Origin: the human T2T-CHM13v2.0 reference genome, Homo sapiens
DNA: 64,000 bases
Reading direction: 5' to 3' (one strand)
Assembly: GCF_009914755.1 (NCBI RefSeq)
Contig: NC_060936.1
The stretch's first letter is position 1. Every line of letters begins with the position of its first letter. This document shows positions 1 through 18,109 of this stretch, piece by piece. Below the pieces are notes generated by a model, which saw nothing but the letters and a program-made list of their open reading frames with translations, made no database searches and was not told the DNA's origin. Made by a program: the position numbers and the translations under genes.

Positions 1-3663
<3,663 letters not shown>

Positions 3664-4275
3664 AAATAGGGAAAACCAGAACCAGTAAAAGTACTATAAT
3701 TCTCTTGTGAGGATTGAAGCTTAATAACATGGAGACATTACTGGTTCAAAGGAATATACTGATGTAAAGTTGAAAGCAAGAGCAGATAATATTGACACAT
3801 GGAGTAGAACACTGAAGTTCCAGTAACCAAGGAAGGTGAACATAGGAGAGAAGTTGTCACATTTAATCAGTTAGTCTTATTGTGGCTGTTGCAGAGTTAT
3901 ATGTGAGTATTCATGGCATTGCATGCTGCTAACAGTGAAGAACTCTTGCAAGTAAAATAAACATTAACAAGTTTACACGCATAATATACTTTATGCAAAT
4001 CCACTGAGTGGTGTTCCAAGAAATGACAAGTTTTGGAAGCAAAGTAAGCCCTTACATTGACAAGTTTGACATATAATTCTTTGAGGTACTGTTAGCTTTG
4101 CTAGGAGATCTGAATGTTATGTAATTCAAATACTACCCAATCACTTTTGACTGGTGTTTTCTAGTGTCTGAATATTCACTACAGGCTACAGTTCTCTATA
4201 ACTATTATTAAACTTCATATTTCTCATATATTAAACAAAATGTTAGATATTTAAAATAATGAGCAAAGCATATAA

Positions 4276-4733
<458 letters not shown>

Positions 4734-4829
4734 TAAGAGAACTTCCCTGCCTCTTTGAAGTTTAGGAGAGAGATGAAAACATGGAAACCAAAAAAAGTAT
4801 TAAAGGTGTTAAGATAAAATTCTATTTAG

Positions 4830-5290
4830 GACACAGTGAAGACACAAAGGCAAAAGACACAGAGCAATTATGCCCACAGAGGTCTGGAGAAGGCTTTACA
4901 GCAAAGAACATGAGATCTTGAGTGGTGTCCTAAAAGGCAAAAACTACCTTCTAGATAAAATAAAGGGAGATATGAGACTGCTAACAGGCCATACAGAGGG
5001 AAGACTGCTGAGGCTGGGGTCATGAAACATCATGGGTTGTTCAGCAAACATTTAGTAGTTTAGGGAGGAAGGTGGAGTTTGATGGGAGACAGGAAGAACA
5101 GAAAGGGATTTAATTCAGGGAAGATCTTCTAATGAAAGGAAAAGTCTCCCAAGAATCTTAAGTAGTTGACTGACATGATCAGATTTATATTTTTTAGAAA
5201 GATCCCTCTGGAGGACACATGGAGGATGGGTTCAAAGTGTGTGAGACTAGAGATTAGTACTGCAACAGTTAGGTGCATCCCTAAACAATA
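4830..5290 (-). mobile_element. L2 fragment
   Basis: Degenerate L2 motif atgatcagatttatattttttagaaagatccctctgg. Confidence 0.6.
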
Positions 5291-5537
5291 CAACTCCATA
5301 CATTGTTAAAGACCCACACATACCCAACACACTGCAGGGTAGAAACCTGTAAGAGGAATTGGGAATGAAAGTGAATACTAAGTCTAATGGGTAAAATAAC
5401 AAGATTTTAAAACAGAGAGTAAGGCAGTCATGATGCTTGTTGATTGTATCATGAACTGAAGAGTATAATAAACTCAAGCCACTGTAGCTGAGGTACCTAG
5501 GAACAAACAAATGAAAGGATGGCTATATCTTTCCTAC

Positions 5538-5939
5538 TGATAAATTAAACTACATTTGCCCCAAGGCTGCCTCCATACTTTGAGTCCTATGTAAAGAACT
5601 ACAACCCAAATTAGTACATAAACTCAGGAAAAGCTAATTAGAAGTATACTTTTGTAACAAATATCTGAGTCTCAGCCAATCACAGCAGCTGAGCTTTAGT
5701 CTATCACAAGCAGCCAACTGATCAGACCATGTTCAAATAAGGCAAATGCCTAGCTAAAATAAATCAGGCTGTTCCTGTACCTCGCTTCTGTGTTCTGTCC
5801 ATAAATGCAGCTTGCCCAGGTCTCAGAGCAGAACCCTCTGAACCTCTTCTGGTTCTGAGGGCTGCACAATTATAATGCAAATCATTCTTTGCTCAAATTA
5901 ACTGTTAAATGTAATTTGTCTAAAGTTTTTCTTTTAACA
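5538..5939 (+). mobile_element. ERV1 solo LTR, MER57 family
   Basis: TG...CA ends, 4-bp TSD ctac/ctat, MER57 motifs gttcaaataaggcaaatgcc and tttgtctaaagtttttcttttaaca. Confidence 0.88.
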
Positions 5940-6611
5940 CTATTCTTTTCATATAATCACATGAAATAAGAGAAGAAAATCAATGGTAGAAAAATTCCCT
6001 TGTACAGTAAATCAAATTGTTAAGAAGTGTAATTTCTTTAAAAAGATATATCTAGTTACTCTATCACTGACTCTCAAATAATCTGTAGAACTTTATTCAT
6101 TTTCTAAAGAGTCTTGTTACCCTCATGATCCATATCAACCTGCAATTCAAAATATCATAGAATTGATAGAATTGTTTTGTCTATCAGTAATTGTCTTCAT
6201 GGTTATATTTTTTTCAGATTATATTTGGGAAAAGCTACTTATTAGAGGTATATCTACGAATAATAATCAGTCTTTCACAAGCCCAAAAGCTCTGATATCT
6301 CCCTCCCTCATGATCCCATTGCTGTTGATAGTGTTATGCAGATTTTGTAAACAATTAAATCTGTTCGCATGCAAACAATTTTGGTTTAACCATGAACAAC
6401 AATAAAGAAGTTCATATACTTCTTTTATGTAATTCACGATCTACCCATGCTCCTTTTAAAAGCATACTAATATATCCTATTATGTATTCCAAAGCTGTTA
6501 TACGAAAGTGAATGTTCTTTTCAAAATTCTTTTTGACATGCCACTGGAGCAGCTCCAGAAAAAAATTAACACTTTTGGGGAATTTTATTGCATCCCTTTC
6601 AGTAGCCAAAA

Positions 6612-6639
6612 AGGAAGCGGGTGGGGCGGGGGTGGGGGG
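6612..6639 (+). promoter_or_regulatory. ETS-like plus Sp/KLF GC-box cluster with G-quadruplex motif
   Basis: aggaagc followed by GGG-t-GGGG-c-GGGGG-t-GGGGGG in AT-rich unique DNA; function not shown. Confidence 0.3.
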
Positions 6640-8086
6640 CTGAAGCCAAAGATTAAAATAAATGCATAATTCATTTTTAACATGGTAGGTTTTCTCTCAT
6701 TCTTCATTGTAATAGCTCTAGAACTAATTTTACTGTTAACACTGAATTTTTAGAGGGGTGTTGTATAAACCATTTTTTACAAAGAAGGAGACTAAAAAGA
6801 TTTTCTGCTCACCATCAGTGCACAAAATTGAACAAGTGAAAATCTTCACACACAATATGCTTCCAATGAGCATGCTCTTATGCATCAAAGAGGAAACAAA
6901 GCATTTCAGGATTATGTTTGTAAAAGGATTGTTTTTGAAAAAAATAAAAAAGCATAGAGCAAATTTCAGAGTGGAAAAACATCAAAGGCTTTTCAATAGT
7001 CAAACTCATCACTAGATTTAAGGCAACATTTAAAGCAAGACATCTGTGTTATTTATATAATATCAAAAAGAAAAAGCACAAAGGTAGACTCAAGACAAAT
7101 AAAGAATCCACCTCCTATGCTATAAAATACTTCTTATGTTTGTCTCTCTAACAGTATGCTATTATTCTAGCAAGGCAAATATGTTCTTAAAAGGGTATCA
7201 TGTTTTGTATGATGCTGATGAGCGCAGCTTTTTCATGTGTCTTGCTTAATGCAGCTAAATACTACGAATGCTATTCAGTTATCAAAGATACAAAGAACCA
7301 TTCAAGTTTAGGAAATTACTAGACTCTTTCTTACAGAAACACAAATTATTATAATGTATTGTTTTCATCTTCCTGCCCAATATCCAAACTTTATAATCCA
7401 TTCTATTTTTCTCTCACATTGTACCATGAGACACTTTTACTGCGAGCAGTAAGTATGAGAATGCAAAATCTAGGGAGGGGTGAAAAGAAGTAAAAGAACA
7501 ACAATGTAAAGGAGGGGAAGCTGACATGGAGAAGGAAAAATAGGATTCAACACTCTTGGATTCAGTTATTAATTCTTAACAAATGTCCCCAGGGAGCTCA
7601 CCCAGTATTTCTAGACCAGATGGAAAAAACAGTATGCTACAGCAACTCTATCCCTAGACCCAGCTGTCATGAGGAATAGAGAGGCAATCCCAGTAAGGAA
7701 CTAACATCTAACACCATACTTCATGTGTGCTGCGCCATTCATATACAGGCTGACCTTAAGATGGTGACTGTTTTGTTTGTTGGTTGGTTTTTGTTTTGTT
7801 TTGCTGGCTTCTTATGTATGTGCCTCTGTTTTTTATATCAATCCTTGACCTCTCTCCAAAGTCCAATCATGCATTTCCAGGCCCTGCCAATGATCTCCTT
7901 TGTACCTTTAAGTCAACATTCCCCAAAACCATTCATTTTCTCCTAAACCTGAAAAAAAGAAAAAAACTCCACCACTTGACTTTTTCCCTGTGGCTGGCAA
8001 CACCATTCTCTCAATCCTTCAAGCATTACATTTTAAAATGATAACTGAGTTTTCCTTCTCTCTCTTCATCATATCAAGATCTTGCT

Positions 8087-8397
<311 letters not shown>

Positions 8398-8442
8398 TTA
8401 TATAGCCTAATAGCAAAATATTTGTCAAAAGTCGATCCCCTT

Positions 8443-8755
8443 GGCCAAGCGTGGTGGCTCACGCCTGTAATCCCAGCACTTTGGGATGCCGAGGCTGGAG
8501 GATCACAAGGTCAGGAGATAGAAACTATCCTGGCCAACATAGTGAAACTCCTTCTCTACTAAAATACAGAAATTAGCTGGGCGTGGTGGCACATGCCTAT
8601 CATCCCAGCTATTCAGGAGGCTGAGGCAGGAGAATCACTTGAACCAGGGAGTCAGAGGTTGAGTTGGAGGTTGCAGTGAGCCGAGATCACGCCAGAGCAC
8701 TCCAGCCTGGCAACAGAGCGAGACTACATCTCAAAAAAAAAAAAAAAAAAAAAAA
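8443..8755 (+). mobile_element. Alu (AluSc-like)
   Basis: Full dimer, A23 tail, TSD aaaagt(c/a)gatcccct. Confidence 0.96.
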
Positions 8756-9249
8756 GTAGATCCCCTCTTTTCCAATTTTGTTATGTAATTCCATCCCAAA
8801 GTTTGGATTACCCAGGCCTCTCACTTAAATGGTCACAAACACCTAACTGGTCTCCCCACCTTCAATCTCTTTATCCCCAATTCATTATATCCACTGCTAT
8901 TAAATTAATATTCCTATGGCACAACTGTGATCCTCCTCCTCCAATTCTCAAAAATCTTTAGTGAATTCACAATTATTGAAAATATTTAAAATCTTTTAGC
9001 CATGAAAATCAAAGGTTTTCATGATCTCACCTCAATCTCACTTTTCAAAATGATCTCACACAATCTCCTTCATATACTCCATGTTTGAACCACTGGACTA
9101 CATATTATTAAGTGAAATGTACCTGAGCTTGCACATCTTGTGTCTTTATTCACACTAATCTTCCCTCCTTGTTTGCTGTGATAGGGACTGTGCTAGATAG
9201 TATGATACAAAGATGAATAATAGATCTTATATAGGTTCTAAGCTTCTTA

Positions 9250-9450
9250 GAGAAGCATGAGCTTTGGAATTAGATAGGACTGGGGTCTGAATTCAGATTC
9301 TGCAATTGCCAGCTGTCTGATTTGGGGCAAGCTCTTAACCTGAGAGACAGCTTTTTGAGCTGTGAAATGATATAATAACATCTACCTTGGAAAGTTGCCA
9401 GGATATAAATTACATATTTTAAAAGCATGATATGGTGTCTTCCATTTAGG
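9250..9450 (+). mobile_element. MIR
   Basis: gagctttggaattaga...tggggcaagctcttaacct core. Confidence 0.75.
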
Positions 9451-10470
9451 TAAGTCTTCCTTCTGAAATACCAACATTAGCTTCCCCAAGCAGAATGCAC
9501 TGATGACAATAATGAGTTAGCTGTCACCTGCAAAGATCCTGAGTTAGTACAGACAGAGAACAATTGCAGCTTTCCTCTACTCCTTTTCTTCCTTGCAGAG
9601 ACAAATGAGAGTGACCTCACAGTTTATGCCTCGTAACGTTTGCCTAGTGATCTTTTCCATTCTCCAACACCATCCAGGCAATAAGCATCAATGTTAATGA
9701 GCTGCTGGACAGCTTTGTGAAACTGACTGAAAGAGCCAGATAGGTATTGGTGTCCTACACATGCAAATAATATACTTTCCCTTCAAATGTACTATTTTTA
9801 TATAAGTTTCAAAAGTTACATCCTGGTGGAATGACAGTACCCAGCTGAAATATGTTTTCCACTCTATGTTACTGCTTACTTCAACGGGAAAAGAATATAT
9901 TTACACTTTGCCATATTATGTAAACATGGAAAACTGAGCTAACTAGTGTCATGTTATTAATTGACTCCAGTGATATTTTAGCATCCTTTATAGATTGGCC
10001 CCCTGGACTCGTAACTGCCCGTAATCCAAGTATGTATATGTGAAATAACCTCAGGGGTCGGTGGGAGGGGGAAAGGGGTTATTTACACAGTGTTTGAAGA
10101 AGTGCAACACTTGCAGTTTCAATTCCAGAAGTAGTAGGTACCGAGGCATCCTGGATAGACTGTAAAAGAGTAGTCAAGAAATCCTGGCAGTTATCAATGA
10201 CTAGAAGCCAAGTAAAAGCTGCAAGTCATAATTGCTGGAAATTTGTTTACATGCAACAGTATTTTCAAGGGAAAGTAAGAAGCAGAGGGAAAAGGGCTTG
10301 ATATAGAGCAGACATCCGAACCCAAGTACTTAATAGTAGGAGGAAAAAGAAGGCTGAAACTAGCTTAGAAGCCATCTAAAAAAGAAATATTTAGTTGGTC
10401 TTTATTTACACTAAATTAGAAAAAATTTTACTTAAACCTATGCCTCAGTCTAAATTTCCCAGTGAACATT

Positions 10471-10872
10471 TGTGGAGATTTGGCTATCTAGAATCCATTT
10501 CTTCCTTCTTTGGGCAACAGCATCCTTATTTCATTTTAGAGAATTCCCTCCTCTCTATTGTATCCAGTCTTGGTGGTGCTACAAGTCAACATGCCCTGTG
10601 CTCCTCTAACCAGTAATCATCCAAGCTATGCCAGTAAGACTCTCCAAAATTTAAATCTAAAGTGGAGTAGCTTAAGAATGGAAAAGGATAAAGTCCCAGA
10701 AATAGCGCTCCAACAAAACTATTGTGAGTATCTTGCTGTTCAGAAACCGTAAGCCTGGTCACTAGCTTTTACCTTAATTCTGCTGACTACCCAATAATCT
10801 TTCAATAAATTCCTTTCTGCTTCCTTAACTAGACTTGGTTCCTATTGTTGGCAGCCTAAGAAGCCCTGATAA
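10471..10872 (+). mobile_element. Old ERVL/MaLR solo LTR (subfamily uncertain)
   Basis: Starts tgtgg; ends caataaattcctttctgctt...ttggttcctattgttggcagcctaagaagccctga, typical of old ERVL/MLT1 LTR ends. Confidence 0.55.
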
Positions 10873-12024
10873 GGAATTAAAGCCATTTTGCCTAACTTTG
10901 TCCCTGGTCTTTCCAAATGAAAACTACAAATATTTGAAAACAAAACTACCCTATAGTTTGTTGAACGGTGTTTTTATGGCTCTATTACAGAAGTATCCAG
11001 CATACTTGCATTTTTCAAGCACACAAAACTTAAAGGGGGCATTTTTGTTTACTTTTCCTACCTCATTTTCAGCAGTATTCACTCTATTCCCACTGTTTCC
11101 TGCCACGCTTCCCCATTACACGATTTTCTTCACAATTGGGCCAAGGTTTACTCTAGTAACATTAGCTGTATTGATTTATTTGTACATTTGCTGTCTCGAG
11201 AACTTAAGTAATTTGAGTAGCTCATATTATTGTTTACATGTTCAATTATCTTGTACTTCTTAACATTTTCAATGCCATTGCCTTTATTCTAGTATCTTTT
11301 CACAAATATGCATTACTGTATTAAGTACAATGTGTCCAAAATTAATTGTTAAAGGTATGATACCAGTATTTGTTCCCCCAGGACTCTTCGATGAAATAAA
11401 TCAGTAAAAGAAAATCTAAATGTATAATTTATAAATTTATAGAAATTGAGAAATCTGAAAAATGTAGTGATCACCTAATCTAAGGCCATAATTTTATAGA
11501 TAAGGGAATAGGTCTCCCTAGGCCATTATCCTTGATTCCAACATCTCCATTGATTTATTTTGGGTTTTATGTGTTTTCTGTCATTGCAAGGGGTTCAGGG
11601 AAAAAGATAGCAACTGTGTATGTCCGGTAATCCCTCTTAAACAAGAGGAAAAAGGGAAATAATCTGACATCCCAACTTAAATCAGGGGCACCAGTAATCT
11701 CACAGTAATTTAAAGGTCAAAGTTTACAGTTATCTTAAATTTTTATTTAAATCTCCTTCCTATTCACCTGGCCACTGTAAAGATTAAATGAAAGTAATTT
11801 GTAGCCTATAAAATGTTATATGAGTCAAGATTTTGTTAATATTGCTATTCTTCATCCTTTCCCTTCCCATGGCACAAACATAGAGCCATTATGGCCTTAC
11901 ATCAAAATTATAACACAAACCAATAAAGCCCCCATCCCCTCCCCATTGCAACCCATCCTATAAGACAACTTTTTGTACTAGACTTTCAATTCTTTCAAAC
12001 TTTTAAGAAATAAATAACACCAAT

Positions 12025-12391
12025 TATATCAGTCTATTTTCACACTGTTGATGAAGACATACCCGAGACTGGGTAATTTATAAAGAAAAAGAGGTTTAAC
12101 GGACTCACAGCTCCACGTGGCTAGGAAGGCCTCACAATCATGGTAGAGGGCGAAAGGCATGTTGTCTTACATGGCAGCAGGCAAGAGAGAGAATGAGAGC
12201 CAAGCAAAAAGAGTTTCCCCTTATAAAACCATCAGATCTCACAAGACTTACTCACTACCACGGGAACAGTATGTGGGAAACCACCCCCATGATTAAATTC
12301 TCTCCCACCGGGTACCTCACACAATACTTGGGAATTATGGGAGCTACAATTCAAGATGAGACTTGAGTGGGGACACAGCCAGATCATACCA
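12025..12391 (-). mobile_element. THE1C solo LTR (MaLR)
   Basis: gaagacatacccgagactgggtaattt...gggacacagcc; 5-bp TSD ccaat/ccaac. Confidence 0.92.
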
Positions 12392-12819
12392 CCAACATTA
12401 CACCTACTCTTCCAGAGAACAGGAAAATATAAAACACTTCCAAATGTGTGTTGTTGTTGTTGTTGTTGTTTGAAGCCAGGATAGTATTAATATCGCAGCC
12501 TCACAAGAACATTGCAAAAAAGCAAAGTCAAAAGCAAATCCTAATCGTGAACATGAGTACAAAACACCTGAACAAAATTTCAGCAAATCAAATCCTGCGA
12601 TATATAGAAAGGATAATAAACCATGATCAAGCTGGGTCTATTCTAATAATGTAATATCATTTACTACAGTAACAGGATGAGGGAGAAAAATCATATGATT
12701 ATCTCAATAGATGCAGAAAAAGCACTCTATAAAATTCAACACCAATTAATGATTTTTAAAAAAGAAACTAGCAAACTGGCAATAAAATGAAACTGCCTTG
12801 GACTGATAAAGCAAATCCA

Positions 12820-13017
12820 AAGAATTCAAAAGTCAGGATAGTGGTTGTCCTTTGGGAGTAGTAAATGGAATGAGTAAGAAAAGAGCTTCAGAAGAGCTAA
12901 TTTCTTTATCTGAATGCTTAAAACCCAAACGTGGCAAGTTCATGAGAATTTACTGAGCTGTACAAATACAGTATGAGCACTTTCTTCTATGTATATTATA
13001 CTTCAACAATAAAAAAA
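12820..13017 (+). mobile_element. Nested L1ME 3'-end fragment
   Basis: aagtcaggatagtggtt...tatgtatattatacttcaacaataaaaaaa interrupts the host ORF2. Confidence 0.7.
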
Positions 13018-13422
13018 CCTATAGCAGTCATACTTAATTATGAAATAATAAAAGTTTTCTTCTTGAAATTGGAAATTACACAAGCATGCCACTAACACCA
13101 TTGTTCTTCAACAATTTATTGGAGATCCTAGGCAGTGCAATAAGAAAAAGAAATAGAAGACATGAAGGACGACAAGAAAGAAATTTCATGCAGAAAACCC
13201 CAAAATAATCTATGGATAAAGTATTAGAATAAAAATACATAGCAAGATTATTGGATTTCAGGTCAAAATAGAAAATCAACTGTTTCTATATATCAGCAGT
13301 TAAAAAAAAAGTTTTTAAATGACACCATTTATAACATTAAAAATATCCAACACTTCGGAAACTAATGGAAGATATGCAAGGTCCTTACAGAGAACACTAT
13401 AAAACATTATTTTAAAAATTTA

Positions 13423-13728
<306 letters not shown>

Positions 13729-14045
13729 TTTTAAGGAAGAAATAAATGGAGAGATATATCATGCTGATGAAAGAGAAAATACTGAAAATGTCAATTTCTC
13801 CAAATTGTTCTATAGATTCAATGTGATTCCAATCAAAGTCCCAGCAGAATTTTTGTGGAAATTGACAAGATGATTATAAAAATTAATATAAAAAAATCAA
13901 GAGAATTTTGAAGAAGTGGGAGGAGGTACACCATCAGACAACTAGAATAATTAAGACAGTATGGTATTGGCACAAAGATAAATGCATGAACCAATGAAAC
14001 AGAAGAGGGTGCAAAATAGACTCATACATATATTTTAAAAGATTG

Positions 14046-14350
<305 letters not shown>

Positions 14351-14557
14351 TTGTACTGCAGAGCCACAGAGAAACAATGATCTTTTCAACAAGTGGTGCT
14401 GGTTCAAATAAATATCAATAGCAAAAAATGAAAACTGCTATATGCCTCACATCATATAAAAAAAGAACTCCTAATAGATCTATGAAAAAATAATAAAATA
14501 TCTTAAAAGTTTACATAAATGAATAACTCATGACCTTTATATAAGCAAAATTTTCTT

Positions 14558-16590
14558 TTTCTGTCCTTTAATTTCAACTTTTTTTTCTTGCTTTTTTTAT
14601 AATTTCAACTTTTATTTTAGATTCGGGGTAGATGTACAGATTTATTACACAGATATATTGTGTGATGTTGAGAATTAGGGTACAACTGATCCTATCACTC
14701 AGGTAGTGAGCATAGTATTCGATAGTTTTTCAACTCTTGCTCCGCCGTCACTCCCCTTTCTAGTAGTCCCCAGTTTCTATTGTTGCAATCTCTACGTCCA
14801 TGAGTACCTAATGTTTAGCTCCCACCTATAAGTGAGAACCTGTGGTATTTGGTTTTCTGCTCCTGCATTAATTCACTTGGGATAATGTCCTCCAGCTACA
14901 TCCATGTTGCTGTAAAGGACATGATTTCAATCTTTTTTATGGCTGTATAGTATTCCACTGTATATACGTATATTTTCTTTATCCAATCCACCATTGACAG
15001 GCACCTCGGTTGATTCCATGTCTTTACTATTGTGAATACTACTGAAATGAACATATGATTGCATGTTCTTTTTGGTAGAACAATTTATTTTCTTTTGGAT
15101 ATAGACCCAGTAATGTGATTGTTGAGTCAAATGATAGTTCTAAGATATTTGAGAAATATCCCACCTCCACAATGGTTGAACTAATTTACATTCCTACCAA
15201 CAGTATGTAAGTGTTCCCTTTTCTCCACAGCCTTGCCAGCATCTGTTGTTTTTTGACTTCTTAATAACAGCCATTCTGAGAGATGGTACTCATTGTGGTT
15301 TTGATTTGAATTTCTCTGATGATTAGTTATTTGAGCATTTTTTCATATACTTGTTGGTCACTTGAATGTCTTCTTTTGAGAATTGTCTGTTCTTGTATTT
15401 TGCTCACTTTTTAGAAGGGATATTTGGTTTTTGCTTTTTGAAATGTTTAAGTTCCTTATAGATTTTGGATATTAAACATTTGTCAGATGTATAGCTTGTG
15501 AATATTTTCTCCCATTCCATAGGTTGTCTGTTTACTCTGTTGATAGTTTCTCTTGCTGTGTAGAAGCTCTTTAGTTTTTAAATTAGGTCCTACTCGTCAA
15601 TTTTTATTTTTGTTGCAATTGCTTTTGAGACTTAGTCATAAATTCTTTCCCAAGGCCAATGTCCAAGATACTGTTTCCAATGTTTTCTTCTAATATTTTT
15701 ATAGTTTGAGGTCTTACATTTAAATCTTTAATCTGTCTTAATTTTTGTATATGGTGAAAGGTAGGGGTCCAGTTTCATTCTTCTGCATATAGCTAGCTGG
15801 CTATCCCAGCACTATTTGTTGAATAGGGAGTCCTTTCCCCATTGCTTATTTTTGTTGAAGATCAGATGGTTGTAGGTGTGTGGCTTCATTTCTGGGTTCT
15901 CTATTCTGTCCCATTGGTCTATGTGTCTGTTTTTGTTCTAGTACCATGCTGTCTTGGTTACCGTAGACTTATGGTATAGTGTGAACTCCAATAATGTGAT
16001 GACTCTGGCTTTGTTCTTTTTGCTTACGATTGCTTTGGCTATTTGGGCTCTTTTTTTAGTTCCACATGAATTTTAGAATAGTCTTTTCTAATTCTGTGAA
16101 AAATGACGTTGGTAGTTTGATAGGAATAGTATTGAATCTGTAGACTGCTTTGGGAAGTATGGCCATTTTAATAATATTGATTCTTCCAATCCATGAGCAT
16201 GGAATTTTTTTCCAATGTTTGTGTCATCTATAATTTCTTTCAGCAGTGTTTAGTAGTTCTCCTTGTAGAAATATTTCACCTCCTTGATTAGCAGTATTCC
16301 TAGGTATTTTGTTTTTGTGTGTGTAGCTATTGTAAGTGAAATTGTGTTCTTGATTTGGCCTTCAGCTTGTACATTATTGGTGTATAGAAATGTTACTGAT
16401 CTTTCCACATTGATTTCATATCCTGAAACTATAATGAAGTCATTTATTAATTCCAGGAGCCTTGGTGCAGTCTTACAATGTTCTAGGTATAGAATCATAT
16501 CACCAGCAAGGAGAGACAGTTTGACTTCTTTTTTTCCTATTTGGATACCTTGTATTTCTTTCTCTTGTCTGACTGTTCTAACTAGGACTT
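14558..16590 (-). mobile_element. 5'-truncated L1PA15/16
   Basis: Antisense 3'UTR (caggtagtgagcatagta) and ORF2 C-terminus; perfect 12-bp TSD caaaattttctt at 14546-14557 and 16591-16602. Confidence 0.93.
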
Positions 16591-17624
16591 CAAAATTTTC
16601 TTAAATTGAATACAAAAAACACTAACTACAAATGAAAAGATTGATAACTTGCATTAGCTAAAATTAACAACTATTATTTGTCAAAGACAACATTAGAAAG
16701 TAATAAGGCAAACCACAGATGGGAAAAAACATATGTACTAGGATGGCTAAAATTAAAAAGATTATCAATACCAAATGTTTTGGATAAGAACTACTCATGT
16801 ATTTCCAGGCGGAGTATAAATTTTTTACAGCCACTCTGGAAAAATATGCATACACTATAACCTAGCAATACCATTTTTAGATATAACAGAAATGTGTATG
16901 TGTGTGCATGTGTGTGTATACCAGTTAGAAAGAAGCATGAGGGTGTTTCTTAGTACTGGTAATGTTCTGTTTCTTATTCTAGATGGTACTTGCATAGGTC
17001 TTTTGCTTCATAATAATTCATAAAGCTGTATACTTACAGTCAGTGCCCTTTTCTGTATGTATGATATACTTCAATTTTTTTAATCAGGGGAAAAATAAGG
17101 AGAGAAAATCACCAATGTGAAACAAATATCAGAAATGCCCATCCAGGAACCTGAAATCATTTCTCACTGGCACAAACACTACCCAGTGATAAAATAAGGA
17201 CTTGATATTTAGACAACAACAAAAACCTGATGTTTCAGTTTATCTATACAGCCTTAGTAAATGTAAGTATGTAATTTCATTAAGCTTTCTGAAATGCTAA
17301 AAACAATTTTAAAGATTCTTATTGTTTTTGTGTACCCTTTTGTATTCACAGATCCCAGATTAGAAATTAGTGCCCTAGTCTGAAAAGAAGGATCACCAGA
17401 CAAAAATATTCAGTAAATGTTGCCTCTTCTCTTTATAATCTATATGTTAGGTTTACACTGAAAACTATCTCTTTAGGGAAATTATATAGATACACCAATC
17501 CTAAGTAAACATTTTTAAATAAAATGATGAGGGTCTTATTCTCAATTGTTTCCAACACTAGATACATTATAAAAAGAAGTTTTGTCCCTATAACCCCCAA
17601 ATCTATGTTCTTTGTTAATCAGTG

Positions 17625-17825
17625 TGTCACAGTTCAAATCTTAATCACATCCAAAATTTTGTGACCTTGGGCAAATTTCTTAATCTGTGTTTCAATTTCC
17701 ATATCTGGAGAATGGGGATGATGTGACTAATACCTACCTCATAGGGCTATTGTGAAGATTAAATGCAATAATGCATGTCAATCACTTAGCACTGTGTCTA
17801 AATGTTAGGCTATTATTATTATCAC
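17625..17825 (+). mobile_element. MIR
   Basis: gtgaccttgggcaaattt...acctacctcatagggctattgtgaagattaaatg. Confidence 0.85.
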
Positions 17826-18109
17826 CATCATTTTTGCCTATTTATTTATTTTTTAAAGTAAAACACTAAATTGCTGATTACAAATTTGTGAGCATGAGGA
17901 AGACTGTTGACATAAGGGCTTCATTCTCAGTGATCATGTTAGGAAGTAACCTTGTACTGGGGGATTTCTAGATATCAGTATATGAAGTCTTCTTTGGAGC
18001 CACTCGATTCTTTCAAAGAAGAATACATTTTTCTCCTAACCTGGAAAGTGCTGTCTAGTTGATGATGCTGTGCAAAGGAACAGGAAGAGGAGTTTAACTG
18101 CTCCATAGA

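Noticed and set aside
7850-7968. Strong minus-strand acceptor ttttttcttttttcag at about 7948
   Set aside because: The downstream sequence is an L2 relic with no matching donor or open frame.
9505-9565. Perfect TACTAAC on the minus strand upstream of two AGs
   Set aside because: Too close to the AGs, poor intervening pyrimidine tract, weak donor; a 7-mer is expected several times by chance in 64 kb.
10835-11263. 142-aa hydrophobic ORF
   Set aside because: Non-ATG start at an LTR end, composition explained by T-rich DNA, no recognisable domain.
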